The notes: generated from the letters alone by a model not told the origin. A stretch of 32,000 nt of DNA from Psychrobacillus sp. FSL K6-4046 (GCF_038624605.1 NZ_CP152020.1:1077312-1109311), one strand, 5' to 3'; shown: positions 1-9,268, counted from the first letter of the stretch. Numbers and translations are program-made.

Positions 1-529
1 CATCAAGTTTTTCATTTATAACTTCCTTATCATATTCCATATCGCTTAAAATATAAGGAACGAATTTTTTTACCTCTTCAGACCTAACTTCTTCCAAATC
101 TAAGATTGTAGGAAACTTACTAAGGGTTTTTCTTAATTCATCGGTAAAACCATAGTATTCTAATAATTTTCCATTAAGTAATCGGAAATCATTATGATAT
201 AAATTAAGTATTTTTTTATTTTCTTCCATCCTGTTTTTCAACCAAGGAAGATAAAAACCTTTTAGCCAAATATCATCAGCGATTAAATGTGTAAAATATC
301 CTAAAATATATAGATTTTCTACTTGTGAACTATATTTATGCAAAAACCCTTTATAATCAACGCTTCTTGAATAATCTTGTACCTCACCTTTAAAAAAATG
401 TGATAAGTCTTTATTAGTGGAAACAGCATCTGCTGCAATGCCTCCAAGTAAAAATGAAGTTCTATCTTCTATTAATAGACTCTCTGCAATTCTATTAGCA
501 ATTACCAAGTGCATTATTCTTGAACCCAA
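1..529 (-). CDS. hypothetical protein, N-terminal ~175 codons (ORF leaves the window at position 1)
   Basis: Not in the ORF track because no stop lies inside the window. My manual minus-strand translation is open from 529 to 2. TTG at 529-527 follows GGGTGAG by 6 nt; the first ATG is at 514-512. Product: (MGSRI)MHLVIANRIAESLLIEDRTSFLLGGIAADAV...GYFTHLIADDIWLKGFYLPW... The His/Asp motifs faintly recall metal-dependent hydrolases; this is unverified. Confidence 0.6.
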   Translation of the reverse strand, partial: MGSRIMHLVIANRIAESLLIEDRTSFLLGGIAADAVSTNKDLSHFFKGEVQDYSRSVDYKGFLHKYSSQVENLYILGYFTHLIADDIWLKGFYLPWLKNRMEENKKILNLYHNDFRLLNGKLLEYYGFTDELRKTLSKFPTILDLEEVRSEEVKKFVPYILSDMEYDKEVINEKLD

Positions 530-1090
530 TATTTACTCACCCTTTAAGTATTATTTTTTAACTTATATATATCTTCTATAAATTCTGGAGAATTCCTTCT
601 TCAACTAATGCCCCGTTAGCCATCCATGCAGAAAAAAAAGCTGCACCGCAGAGGATAAAAATTGTTTCAGAACGGATATAGATTAGTATGGCTGCCGAAG
701 AAGGTTGATGAACTATGGTGCCTTAGAGCCCTTCCGTTAGTCTGACTCCAACGATCACGGTGCATCACAGACTGTCGCACTCAATACGAGTAGCACTCAT
801 GGGAGATTAATTCTACTCTGGTTATTGCACCAGCCTGCCTTAATTCTAACAAGAATGGAGTTGGTTCCTGTTTTAACTTTCAGCTTAATATAACCAATCT
901 GAAGGCTCAGCCTTTTTTTAAAAAAACTTTTTCTGAGTCTTTTTTTGCAATTATATAGATTTGGAGCGTTTTTTAATTTTCATGGGAGTTGAAGAAGGTA
1001 ACTACGTTATAACACCTGATTTTCAAGTATTCAATATTTCTGGGTAAATTCTGTTAAGTTTTTCCTTCTCGAATATTTTTAGAAAAATCC

Positions 1091-1115
1091 AAACTTTAGT
1101 GATTTGGAAATCGTT
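1091..1115 (+). promoter_or_regulatory. possible ECF-type autoregulatory promoter
   Basis: AAAC (1091-1094), 17 nt, then CGTT (1112-1115), about 20 nt upstream of the sigma gene. This resembles the SigW-type TGAAAC-N16-CGTA architecture. Pattern match only. Confidence 0.3.
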
Positions 1116-1136
1116 TAATATATAAAGAAAGGAGTT

Positions 1137-1658
1137 GTGGTTTTGTCAAATATTAATGAACTAAAAGAATTAATGTTTCAATATACAGAGCCCTTAATAC
1201 GTTTGGCTTATTACTACGTGAAGGACCTCCAAGCGGCTGAGGATATTGTACAAGAAGTATTCATCAAATTTTATCATAACCATCATTATGAAGAACGTGG
1301 TGAGTTAAAGTCATTTTTAACAAAAATGACTATTAATAAAAGCAAAGATTATTTAAAGAGCTGGACTTATAGAAAGGTCCGATTACAAAACAAATTATTT
1401 TCGCCAGCTGATAAAAGTAAATCAGACGAATTGGTCAGAAGAGACGAGCAAGGAATAATTGGAGAAGCAATCCTTACATTGCCCATAAAACAGCGAGAAG
1501 TTCTCATTTATTTTTATTTCAATGAAATGACTATTACGGAGGTTGCACATATTTTATCTATTCCAGAAGGGACAGTAAAAACTAGATTAAGGCGAGGCAA
1601 AGAACTATTAAGAAATCATCTGAAAGGAATAGAATGGGAGGTACTTTTAAATGAATAA
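1137..1658 (+). CDS. ECF-type sigma-70 family RNA polymerase sigma factor
   Basis: 173 aa. Region 2-like segment: AAEDIVQEVFIKFYHN. Region 4 HTH: REVLIYFYFNEMTITEVAHILSIPEGTVKTRLRRGKELLR. GGAG at 1131-1134; the start could be GTG 1137 or TTG 1143. Confidence 0.85.
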   Translation: MVLSNINELKELMFQYTEPLIRLAYYYVKDLQAAEDIVQEVFIKFYHNHHYEERGELKSFLTKMTINKSKDYLKSWTYRKVRLQNKLFSPADKSKSDELVRRDEQGIIGEAILTLPIKQREVLIYFYFNEMTITEVAHILSIPEGTVKTRLRRGKELLRNHLKGIEWEVLLNE

Positions 1659-2310
1659 CTATATTCCTAATGAAGTCAAAGATTTAACTACAAATAAACA
1701 ACGTGTAATGCGAAACGTAATTAATGAGATAGAAAATACTTCTAGAAGACCAAAACATAAATGGCGATTTGTAGTGATCACTGCTGTTTTAACAATAAGT
1801 GCAATACTCTTTGTCTTCAACCAAATACTAATAGAAAATGAACAACATTCTGCAACCGCAATACAACTGGATTTTACCAAACCTACATTCTCCGAAGATC
1901 AAGGTTTATTACATCTTCATGGTGTAACGTTAGGTGACTCAGAATCAAAAGTAATAGAACGCTTAGGTGAAAATTATACAATAGGTGACTACGAGGATGG
2001 CAGTGTCGCAGACTTCATATTGGATTATAATGGTATCGCGAGATTCTATTTTTATCAAGATAAATTAGATTCAATAATATTCATGAAAGTTGATAAAATT
2101 TACTTTGACAAATTATTTAATGATTACGATGGGTTTAAATTTCTAACTTCGACGACTAATAATGACCGTTATTTCTACTCCAAGGAGACTGGTCAGCTTT
2201 TAAAAGCAACGATTGTTCCAGACGGTAATCTATACTTATATCTAGTGCATGGTGGTAAAGACCTCTTGGAAAATCCGGATTTTCCAAAGATAGAACAGAT
2301 TTTAAATTAG
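1651..2310 (+). CDS. putative membrane-anchored anti-sigma factor / sigma-coupled membrane protein
   Basis: Overlaps the sigma gene stop by 8 nt, suggesting translational coupling. It has a short cytoplasmic N-terminus, a single predicted TM helix (WRFVVITAVLTISAILFVFNQIL) and an extracytoplasmic C-domain. No HxxxCxxC zinc motif. The role is inferred from position. Confidence 0.5.
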   Translation: MNNYIPNEVKDLTTNKQRVMRNVINEIENTSRRPKHKWRFVVITAVLTISAILFVFNQILIENEQHSATAIQLDFTKPTFSEDQGLLHLHGVTLGDSESKVIERLGENYTIGDYEDGSVADFILDYNGIARFYFYQDKLDSIIFMKVDKIYFDKLFNDYDGFKFLTSTTNNDRYFYSKETGQLLKATIVPDGNLYLYLVHGGKDLLENPDFPKIEQILN

Positions 2311-2355
2311 GTTTAAGAATAAAAAGTTAACGCTTGATAAAGTAAAGTTGATAAA

Positions 2356-2400
2356 AATAAGGAGGTTCCCTAAATAATGAGTACTTCCTTATTTATTTTA
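2356..2400 (+). terminator. rho-independent terminator after the sigma/anti-sigma pair
   Basis: AATAAGGAGGT (2356-2366) pairs with ACTTCCTTATT (2383-2393), 10 of 11 bp, followed by a T-rich tail. Confidence 0.5.
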
Positions 2401-2498
2401 ATTCTTTAAAAAACCTCAGATTAATTAAAAACCCTACCTAATTTTACATTAATTTCTTGTTAAACTAACCTGCTTCAATGAATTAGAGGTGGTATTAC

Positions 2499-2972
2499 CT
2501 ACTTAAACATTTCAAAATGTTTTGCCACCCATTTTGTATTATTTTCTACAATATATTTTTCCGCATTGATCAAGCGGTGTACGAGTTCTTTTTTTGATAA
2601 CTTCATGTATTTTCTATGTGTGTTTTCCAAATTACGATTAGGTTTAATCTTCCGAAAATCAATTTCATCAGTAGTATCATTATAATTAGTTTTTTTGTTT
2701 TGACCACTAATTTTTTGCTTATACGTTTTGCTGTTTAGCTTGTAATATTCATACAACTGTTCGTTTGTCCTTATAGTATTGGAATGAATTCCTTTCCCTT
2801 CGGGATCAATTTCTTTTGATGTTTTGGCTACGTTTGAGTATGTTACTGATTCTCCATTCTTAATCAATAAATTAATCGCTTGTTTACCTAATTCAACCGA
2901 ACGGTTACTACGTTTTTGATGACTTTCTCTTAGCCACGACCTATCATTTGTCGAATTTAATGTGTGGCTCAT
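2499..2972 (-). CDS. small basic TnpC/DUF6262-like protein of a Tn554-family module
   Basis: The ORF track gives 2499..3008. ATG at 2972-2970 is preceded by GGGAGGAAG, so I prefer it as the start. It overlaps the end of the upstream recombinase gene. The HTH-like segment KQAINLLIKNGESVTYSNVAKTSKE and the position as third gene after two recombinases match the Tn554 tnpA-tnpB-tnpC order. Confidence 0.6.
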   Translation of the reverse strand: MSHTLNSTNDRSWLRESHQKRSNRSVELGKQAINLLIKNGESVTYSNVAKTSKEIDPEGKGIHSNTIRTNEQLYEYYKLNSKTYKQKISGQNKKTNYNDTTDEIDFRKIKPNRNLENTHRKYMKLSKKELVHRLINAEKYIVENNTKWVAKHFEMFK

Positions 2973-5088
2973 ACTTTTCTTCCTCCCTATATTTCTCAAT
3001 CTGTTCAATCTCTTTTAATTCATTTCGTGCGTGCTTACGCATTGCCTTTGCTTTCTTGACTTCTACTGGCAAGTTCATTGCAGTGAAACGTTTCTCCATG
3101 TCTTTTGATAGTTCTATTACTTCTTCTAATTCATGCTTCTTTTCAGGTTGTGGAATTTTGGCTTGGCAACCTAAACATTGCATTTTAGTAGGACATACAA
3201 AAGCTGTAACACACGTTCCACCTAAAACATTATTAAATACTCCAACTTGTTGTTTGTATTCTTCCAGTTCTTTTTCAAGTTCTTCAGGACTTCGCAAAAC
3301 AGCTTCATCTAAGTCAACATAATCCGAGATAACATCGTGCAAATCACTGACGGATTGAGCAACTTGGCTTGGTGTAGGTTCTGAATAATATTCTGTAACT
3401 CCTGTATCACGTTGATGCAGAATCTTAGCTACAATGTCGATATGTAGCCCTTGTCGCTGAACAGCTTCGGTAGCGAACGCGTGGCGTAATAAATGTGTTT
3501 TAATTACAACTGGCTTGCCTTCCTGTGTTTCGAAGTTTAGTCCATGAAGTAAAAAGCGTAGACATGTCCAAACAGGAAATTTATTTAAAGATAGTTTATG
3601 ATACTGGAAGAAATATGGTTTAGGTTCAGGAAATAGGTGGCTTCGTTCACCACGATATTTAACACTTGGTATTTTTTTAGTACCATAATGCTCCTTCAAA
3701 AGTTTTGCCACCAATTGAATTAACTTCATCGTTTGTTCACTAATATAAAAAGGTTCTACTTCATCTCGACCTTTTGGAATAGCGTAAAAGGAAAACTTTA
3801 ATTTGTCCTCAACCTTAACTTTTCGGATACACTCTCTTGTATTACTTATTTGCAATAATTCATTTAGCCTTGCACCGGTTGTAGTAAAAATGTCTGCAGC
3901 TAATAAACCGAAGGTTGCAGCTGCATATAGTGGTTCTACTGTAAACAAAGTTCCTTCCGCTTTATGTTTGTTTCTAGAAACAAAGGTGCTTGATGTAAGT
4001 ATCCCTTTATGTTGTGACTCAAAAGGTTTAGAATTCTCACTTAAACTTTCCTTTCCATATCCCCATGAATATAACAACTTACGTTTTTGTTTTATTTCTT
4101 CATCACTGGCATTTTGATTCCAACTTCCAATAACCCCTTTTTCAAAGAGTTCCAGAAACCAAAGACCTTCGGCTTCCTCGTCATCAATTGCTCGTTCAGC
4201 TTTTATAAACTCTACGAAGCATTGATTGTTTTCCTCTAAATAAGCACCTGTACGTTTATACGCTGATTTTAACGACGAAGCAGGGAACTGGTCTTGGTGA
4301 TTCAAAACAAACGAAGACTTGTCCCACAGGCGAAAATAAAAGCGTTCTCCCACCCGTTCCGGTTCGTCATAGTGAAAATCTAAGGGAAGTTCACAATTTG
4401 TGGTTTTAACCTGTTCACATGCCTTTAAATAGGCTTGACGTAGTCTATTTAATTGATTCCAACGAAAATGTCCTTCTGCTCGGATTTGTGGAAGCAGAGG
4501 AACGATGGCATCTGTTTCACTCTTTCGAGTGTTTTTAGCCTGCTCCTTAGATGATTTTGTAAAAGAGAAATCACTTGAATCGTAAGATGGCATATGAAAT
4601 AAGTATTGATCAAAATATGATTGTTGGTCACTGTTTAATTTTGATGTTATCCATTTCTTTGTAAAATAGGAAACTGACCTATACCGTGATAAAAAACTTG
4701 CTCTCATATCATCCGAATGTTCTTGAAAGATTGAGCCTTTTAGGTATTGATACATATCTGTTTCAACATTAAACTCTGCCATGTTGCTTAATTGAAATGC
4801 TTCGAACAAGTTCCTTAACCTTGCATTAACTGTATATATTAAATCTGTTATTGTTTTAACATCTGAATTTCTGTCAACATATACAAAAATCGAAAGCAAA
4901 AGATGATTCTTCCAAGGTTTGTCTATAACTAGGTTCGTATAATATTTTAAGTTTGTTTCATGAACTTTATCTAAAAAAAATGCTCCTCTTGTATCATGCA
5001 AATAAAGAAGTTGTTCATCAACTCGCCCCATTAATTGCTCATAAAATGGTGATTGTGGCTTATCTGTTAATACAGTCAGTGTCATCAC
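2944..5088 (-). CDS. large tyrosine recombinase (Tn554 TnpB-like)
   Basis: 714 aa. Box I: TTGARLNELLQI. Box II: HLLRHAFATEAV. A downstream tyrosine lies in GVTEYYSEP, and there is a Cys cluster CPTKMQCLGCQ. The start overlaps the upstream gene stop by 4 nt. Confidence 0.8.
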   Translation of the reverse strand: MMTLTVLTDKPQSPFYEQLMGRVDEQLLYLHDTRGAFFLDKVHETNLKYYTNLVIDKPWKNHLLLSIFVYVDRNSDVKTITDLIYTVNARLRNLFEAFQLSNMAEFNVETDMYQYLKGSIFQEHSDDMRASFLSRYRSVSYFTKKWITSKLNSDQQSYFDQYLFHMPSYDSSDFSFTKSSKEQAKNTRKSETDAIVPLLPQIRAEGHFRWNQLNRLRQAYLKACEQVKTTNCELPLDFHYDEPERVGERFYFRLWDKSSFVLNHQDQFPASSLKSAYKRTGAYLEENNQCFVEFIKAERAIDDEEAEGLWFLELFEKGVIGSWNQNASDEEIKQKRKLLYSWGYGKESLSENSKPFESQHKGILTSSTFVSRNKHKAEGTLFTVEPLYAAATFGLLAADIFTTTGARLNELLQISNTRECIRKVKVEDKLKFSFYAIPKGRDEVEPFYISEQTMKLIQLVAKLLKEHYGTKKIPSVKYRGERSHLFPEPKPYFFQYHKLSLNKFPVWTCLRFLLHGLNFETQEGKPVVIKTHLLRHAFATEAVQRQGLHIDIVAKILHQRDTGVTEYYSEPTPSQVAQSVSDLHDVISDYVDLDEAVLRSPEELEKELEEYKQQVGVFNNVLGGTCVTAFVCPTKMQCLGCQAKIPQPEKKHELEEVIELSKDMEKRFTAMNLPVEVKKAKAMRKHARNELKEIEQIEKYREEEKYEPHIKFDK

Positions 5089-6446
5089 TCCAATCCATCG
5101 AATAATTCTTGAATTTCGTCATCTACCTCAATCCCATCAAAGTTATTTTCTATGACTGTTAAGTTAGGTTTCTTTTTAAGCTTCTTTTTCTTTTGTTCCA
5201 AGTATTCTTGTTCTTGTTGAGCCATGCTCTCCAACATACCATCATGGGCTTTACGATGGCTTTCTTCGTCAAAGAAATGCTCGTAAACTTTAATAGTTTC
5301 TTCATCTTTCCACTTAATGTATTTAGTCAATTCATTCTTCTTTTGTTTGATCTCTGCTTCTGTGGTAGAAGTATTATAGATTTCACGTAATCTTGAAGTA
5401 ACAAACCAATGTCTTGTTTTATGTGGATTTAGTTTAATCTCACATTCTTTCATCGCCTTATCCCAATGGTAATACCATGACTCATAAGTTAATGGAGAGC
5501 CGAGTTCAGTAAGGAATATCGTTGCTTCATCTGGCAAGGTATTAAAATTACGTTGTAATTCATCAAATTTCTTTCGTTCTGTATTGATATATTGCATAAG
5601 TAACTTGACCGTATCTTTGCTAAATCGAAGGAATTTCACCCTTTTTCCATGACTCCCCTTATTGAATGTATTGGCTTCCTGAAATGATTTTCGAGAACGA
5701 TAGTCCCCAATCGTTAATTCAATAACTTCGGATACTCTTGCACCTGTTTCAAAAAGTAGACGAGCAATTACTATTTCTCTTAATGACCAATTTACTTTTT
5801 TTCCTGCTTGATAAACCTGATAAGGAAGGTGAATATCGCCAATGATTTCAGGTTGCCATTCTTCATTGATTAGTTTGAAATAAGAATCCGTTAATCTTCT
5901 ATGCGTTGTGGTATCCTCTGTTCCTGCTTCTGATGGCATCCGAGGTTTATCTTTTCTGACACCTTCGGTATTACTCTTATAGTCATTTAAAATTGCATAT
6001 GAATCTATTAGAGGATTTGAATACCTATATTGCTTTAAATGAATTAGAGATCTATAGAATGACTTTAAAGCTGAAAGAAAACGATTAACTGTATTCGGAC
6101 TCTTATTTGTTCGATTTACAAATCGAAAAGTATCTTTTTCTCTTACTTTACAAGCCATTTCATCCATAAGGTAATCTTCAACAGCCATTCGTATAATGTC
6201 AGGTGAATCATCCCATTTAACTTGTTTTCCTTGAAAATTACTAAATTGATCCAACCATGTGAAAAAAGGAAGAAGGCATTGAACATACGAAAGGGCAGAA
6301 CTTTTACTAATTCTCCCAATACAATCATGATAATGCTCCGTTAATGGCAGAAAAGGTTGGTTTTGTCTATCAAAAACTAATAATTCAAATCGACTTTTAA
6401 CACTATCAGGACAATAATCATACCAATATTTAAACATAGACAACAC
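5085..6446 (-). CDS. tyrosine recombinase (Tn554 TnpA-like)
   Basis: 453 aa. ETGARVSEVIELTIGDY (catalytic Arg box), HKTRHWFVTSRL (HxxR box) and ETIKVYEHF (candidate catalytic Tyr). AGGTG lies 7 nt upstream of the ATG. Confidence 0.8.
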   Translation of the reverse strand: MLSMFKYWYDYCPDSVKSRFELLVFDRQNQPFLPLTEHYHDCIGRISKSSALSYVQCLLPFFTWLDQFSNFQGKQVKWDDSPDIIRMAVEDYLMDEMACKVREKDTFRFVNRTNKSPNTVNRFLSALKSFYRSLIHLKQYRYSNPLIDSYAILNDYKSNTEGVRKDKPRMPSEAGTEDTTTHRRLTDSYFKLINEEWQPEIIGDIHLPYQVYQAGKKVNWSLREIVIARLLFETGARVSEVIELTIGDYRSRKSFQEANTFNKGSHGKRVKFLRFSKDTVKLLMQYINTERKKFDELQRNFNTLPDEATIFLTELGSPLTYESWYYHWDKAMKECEIKLNPHKTRHWFVTSRLREIYNTSTTEAEIKQKKNELTKYIKWKDEETIKVYEHFFDEESHRKAHDGMLESMAQQEQEYLEQKKKKLKKKPNLTVIENNFDGIEVDDEIQELFDGLE

Positions 6447-6453
6447 CTACTTA

Positions 6454-7005
6454 TTATTCTCGTTCTTCAAGCCAGTTATAAAAAGGAACAACCCTTGATT
6501 GTTGATTTTGCACAATAGTTTTTTGTTCATTATCTTGTTGAGTTAGCTCATAAAATCGCTTACTTTGTTCTTTTGGCAGTTTAATAGGCATTGAAGTAGG
6601 GCTCCAATTTTCTCGAATGGCTTTACGGATAAACCCGTCAGGGTTTTTAACCTTGGTAACTGATTGTTGCATAATCAGCAGTATATCTAAGGTTCTTTTT
6701 ATTCCTACAACAGAAAGGATAGATAGAATTTCATCTGTAGGTGAATTAAGAGTAACAGCCTGATACGCTAATTTAACTAATTCTGTTTCATTAGAAACAC
6801 TTTTCTTATTATCATTTTTTTTTTCAGGAATATTGATAGCGATGACATGATTTAGTTGCAATAAATCTAATTCAATAATCCTCCAACCTTCTTTGTCACT
6901 ATTCCTGTATGAATTAGGTAGCTTACCTGATCGAATCCAACGTTTAATGGTTTCTTCATGTTTTCCTAAGAGATCAGCTACCTCTTTAACAGTGTACTCT
7001 TTCAA
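6454..7005 (-). CDS. excisionase/MerR-like HTH DNA-binding protein, first gene of the recombinase operon
   Basis: 183 aa. The N-terminus YTVKEVADLLGKHEETIKRWIRSGKLP is a classic HTH_17-type motif. It ends 7 nt before the TnpA-like start. Confidence 0.7.
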   Translation of the reverse strand: MKEYTVKEVADLLGKHEETIKRWIRSGKLPNSYRNSDKEGWRIIELDLLQLNHVIAINIPEKKNDNKKSVSNETELVKLAYQAVTLNSPTDEILSILSVVGIKRTLDILLIMQQSVTKVKNPDGFIRKAIRENWSPTSMPIKLPKEQSKRFYELTQQDNEQKTIVQNQQSRVVPFYNWLEERE

Positions 7006-7468
7006 TACCTACACCACCTTTAAGAGAGAATATTAATTAAGAATATACGTTCTTTTTTAGTGTAACTAAATGTTGTTGTATTTTCAACAATTTTCAGATT
7101 ATTGTTATGGTAGTAAATGAGGTCATTTAAGAGGTCTACAAAATAAAAAAGTACACCACAAAAATATAAGTGATGTACAAATTATCATATACTGTGTGAC
7201 ATTAAAGTTAAGTTACTGTTCTAATAATAAAAATATACATTCACTTATCTTTAATTTTACAAAGTAAGAGGGTTTTTCTTATTTTTTCTTTACTATACAG
7301 GAGGTATGCCTTTCCGCTCCAACTCTAAATAACTAGGGGCTATTTACAGAGAAACAAAATAATAAATCCCTTTTTGTAAGTGTCACATGATTTCCTTATG
7401 TGTCCTGATAATATGGTGTAATATTAACCACAGTCTTAAACTTCTACATTCACATCAGTATGAAATAG

Positions 7469-7745
7469 TAGAAAAAGTTTGAGGAAAAAGGTCAAAAAGT
7501 GCTAAAAGTTCCAGTAATTCTGTGTAAAATAGCAAAAACATTGGAGGTTAAATTATGTTCAGACGGAATACGCCAAAAGACGTGCATAATTTCCCTATGT
7601 AAATAACATTAATAACCCCCCGACCGAGAGCACCCTATAATTCAAGTTTTAAAATTGTTACTCTTCATCTTTCCCATTCGATCAAGAAGAATAATCAGAT
7701 AACTATAACTAAACAACAGAAAATACCCCCTCCGATGATGTACCC
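7469..7745. repeat. repeat family R, copy A (long form)
   Basis: The 5' part TAGAAAAAGTTTGAGGAAAAAGGTCAAAAAGTGCTAAAAGTTCC and the 3' part AACAGAAAATACCCCCTCCGATGATGT align by eye with copy B (9991-10212). The last ~90 bp (7658-7745) also align with copy C (10687-10760). Confidence 0.7.
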
Positions 7746-7937
7746 ATATTTTGCTTTCGAAGTAAATCTCTCTTTAACACGCAGTTAGCACTTTATTTTC
7801 CACTAAAATCTCTATTTTTCATCCTATTTTCTTAAAAAGATTAAGGAAAGTAGTTCGATGTAGAGAAAGCGTAGGTTATAAACAATTCTTTACTTTAAAA
7901 AGCGTGATTAGTTAAGTAAATCTTACACAACTATTGC

Positions 7938-7961
7938 ATAAGGGTTACTAACAGTTATGTA
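7938..7961. repeat. 24-bp repeat S, copy 1 (ATAAGGGTTACTAACAGTTATGTA)
   Basis: Matches 10767-10790 (ATAAGGTTTACTAACAGTTATGTA) at 23 of 24 positions. It lies ~190 bp after R copy A, whereas copy 2 lies 6 bp after R copy C. Confidence 0.7.
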
Positions 7962-8076
7962 TAAATATCGTTCTTCTAAGTTTAGAAAGGCTTCTAAGGA
8001 TTCAGTTTTTTAAAAGATACACAACAATTACTCAACTATTCCACAAAACATATATAATGATGCTAGTATGGATGTA

Positions 8077-8100
8077 TGGACACAAGTTAGTTAAGTCTCT
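8077..8100. repeat. IS left inverted repeat
   Basis: See the IS entry. The inner 12 nt AGTTAAGTCTCT and the outer TGGACA are identical to the right end. Confidence 0.75.
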
Positions 8101-8120
8101 ATCCTATAAATAGAGAGGAC

Positions 8121-8390
8121 GTGTCCGGAATGAAACAAAAACGGTATAACCAAGAATTTAAACAAACAATTGTCGAACTCCACAGATCTGGTACACCTGT
8201 GAGTAATCTCAGTAGCGAATATGGTATTTCTGAAGTAACTATTTATAAATGGATTAAAACACATTCCCCAATCGAAAACAGTGGGGGTTTAACACCGTCA
8301 CAAATCGCAGAAATCCAAAAGGAAAACCTTCGGCTTCAACAGGAGGTAGACATCCTAAAAAAGGCTATGACCATATTCGCAAGAAAGTAA
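8121..8390 (+). CDS. IS3-family transposase OrfA (HTH)
   Basis: 89 aa. KRYNQEFKQTIVELHRSGTPVSNLSSEYGISEVTIYKWIK is the typical transposase-8 HTH, followed by a leucine-zipper-like tail. An alternative ATG start lies at 8130. Confidence 0.9.
   Translation: MSGMKQKRYNQEFKQTIVELHRSGTPVSNLSSEYGISEVTIYKWIKTHSPIENSGGLTPSQIAEIQKENLRLQQEVDILKKAMTIFARK
8357..8363 (+). promoter_or_regulatory. programmed -1 ribosomal frameshift heptamer A_AAA_AAG
   Basis: AAAAAAG read as A AAA AAG in the orfA frame (codons L-K-K of DILKKAM). The -1 frame continues open as KKGYDHIRKKVTDQEIIDHIEKEKEHFPIQLMCDVLKV into orfB. Confidence 0.8.
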
Positions 8391-8446
8391 CAGACCAAGA
8401 GATTATTGACCATATCGAAAAGGAGAAAGAACACTTTCCTATCCAA

Positions 8447-9268
8447 TTGATGTGTGATGTGCTAAAAGTGCCAAGAAGTACGTATTACCAGTCGTTCCAT
8501 AAAGTAAAATCTTCGTATGCCATGGAAAACGAAGCGGTTTTAGCACGCATACAAACTATACATGCGGAGAGTAAAGGTCGCTATGGTGCACCAAAAATTC
8601 ATTATCTGTTAACCCAAGAAAAGGTCGATTTCAGCTTAAATCGAGTGCAGCGAATCATGAAAAAGGCTGGAATTCGATCAACGATCGTGAAGAAGTACCG
8701 ACCAACTTCCTCCACTGGACAAGTGGTGGAACGTGAAAACCTGTTAGAACAAAATTTTGAAACGACGACCATTAATGAAAAATGGGTTGCAGATATTACG
8801 TATATTCATACATTAAGAGACGGCTGGTGTTATTTAGCTTCCGTCCTAGATTTACACACGAAAAAAATTGTTGGCTATTCCTTTTCCAAATCGATGACAA
8901 CAGAACTTGTTTTACAAGCTTTAGCGAACGCAATCGATGTTCAACAACCAGAAGAAGGACTAATCTTACATACCGATTTAGGCAGCCAGTATACTAGTGA
9001 AGACTTTGAAAAAGCAGTGAAAGAAGCAAAATTCAAACAATCTTTCAGTCGTAAAGGATGCCCATATGACAATGCATGTATCGAGTCTTTTCATGCGATT
9101 TTGAAAAAAGAAGAGGTATATCAATCTAGTTATATCAATTTTGAAACAGCCCGATTGACCCTATTCCATTATATCGAGTCGTGGTACAACCGAAAACGAA
9201 TTCATGGAGCTATTAACTATCTAACACCTCAACAATTAGAGGACTTATGCCGAAAAGAAGCGGTTTGA
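8447..9268 (+). CDS. IS3-family transposase OrfB (DDE/rve integrase core), expressed as an OrfAB fusion
   Basis: 273 aa. Candidate DDE residues lie in WVADITYI, LHTDLGSQYTS and CIESFHAILKKE. The frame is -1 relative to orfA. Confidence 0.9.
   Translation: MMCDVLKVPRSTYYQSFHKVKSSYAMENEAVLARIQTIHAESKGRYGAPKIHYLLTQEKVDFSLNRVQRIMKKAGIRSTIVKKYRPTSSTGQVVERENLLEQNFETTTINEKWVADITYIHTLRDGWCYLASVLDLHTKKIVGYSFSKSMTTELVLQALANAIDVQQPEEGLILHTDLGSQYTSEDFEKAVKEAKFKQSFSRKGCPYDNACIESFHAILKKEEVYQSSYINFETARLTLFHYIESWYNRKRIHGAINYLTPQQLEDLCRKEAV

Larger units (their letters stand above)
2499..7005 (-). mobile_element. Tn554-family-like site-specific recombination module (HTH + TnpA-like + TnpB-like + TnpC-like); element ends not determined
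   Basis: Four tightly packed or overlapping co-oriented genes in the Tn554 order. No terminal inverted repeats are seen, and none are expected for Tn554-type elements. The coordinates cover the gene block only. Confidence 0.55.

Noticed and set aside
640-900. The idea that the GC-rich patch is the intact tmRNA gene partnering the att-like 19-mer at 29027.
   Set aside because: On either strand it lacks a GGGGACG-type 5' end, a tag-peptide reading frame ending in an alanine-rich motif, and the GGTTCAACTCCCGCCGTCT 3' end.
2378-2410. A 10-codon ORF (MSTSLFILIL) 11 nt after AAGGAGG.
   Set aside because: The apparent SD and the ORF are the two arms of the terminator hairpin at 2356-2393, so the structure explains the sequence better.
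1659-6328. Nested ORFs in the anti-sigma and recombinase genes (1659..1880 -, 2948..3322 +, 3803..4117 +, 4449..4631 -, 5193..5390 +, 6143..6328 -).
   Set aside because: They lie antisense to, or in alternative frames of, genes with clear family motifs, and nothing independent supports them.
7600-7745. A type I toxin-like peptide on the minus strand behind GGAGGGGG in repeat copy A (TTG start, MFSYSYLIILLDRMGKMKSNNFKT).
   Set aside because: The equivalent positions in copies B and C lack a start codon or stop after 7 codons. The conservation is at the nucleotide level, not the peptide level.
7734-8076. GATGTA hexamers (7737-7742 at the end of repeat A, and 8071-8076 abutting the IS) as Tn554 att554-type core sites.
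   Set aside because: A 6-mer is expected many times by chance in 32 kb of AT-rich DNA, and I cannot show junction structure. It is noted only as something to test once the element ends are mapped.
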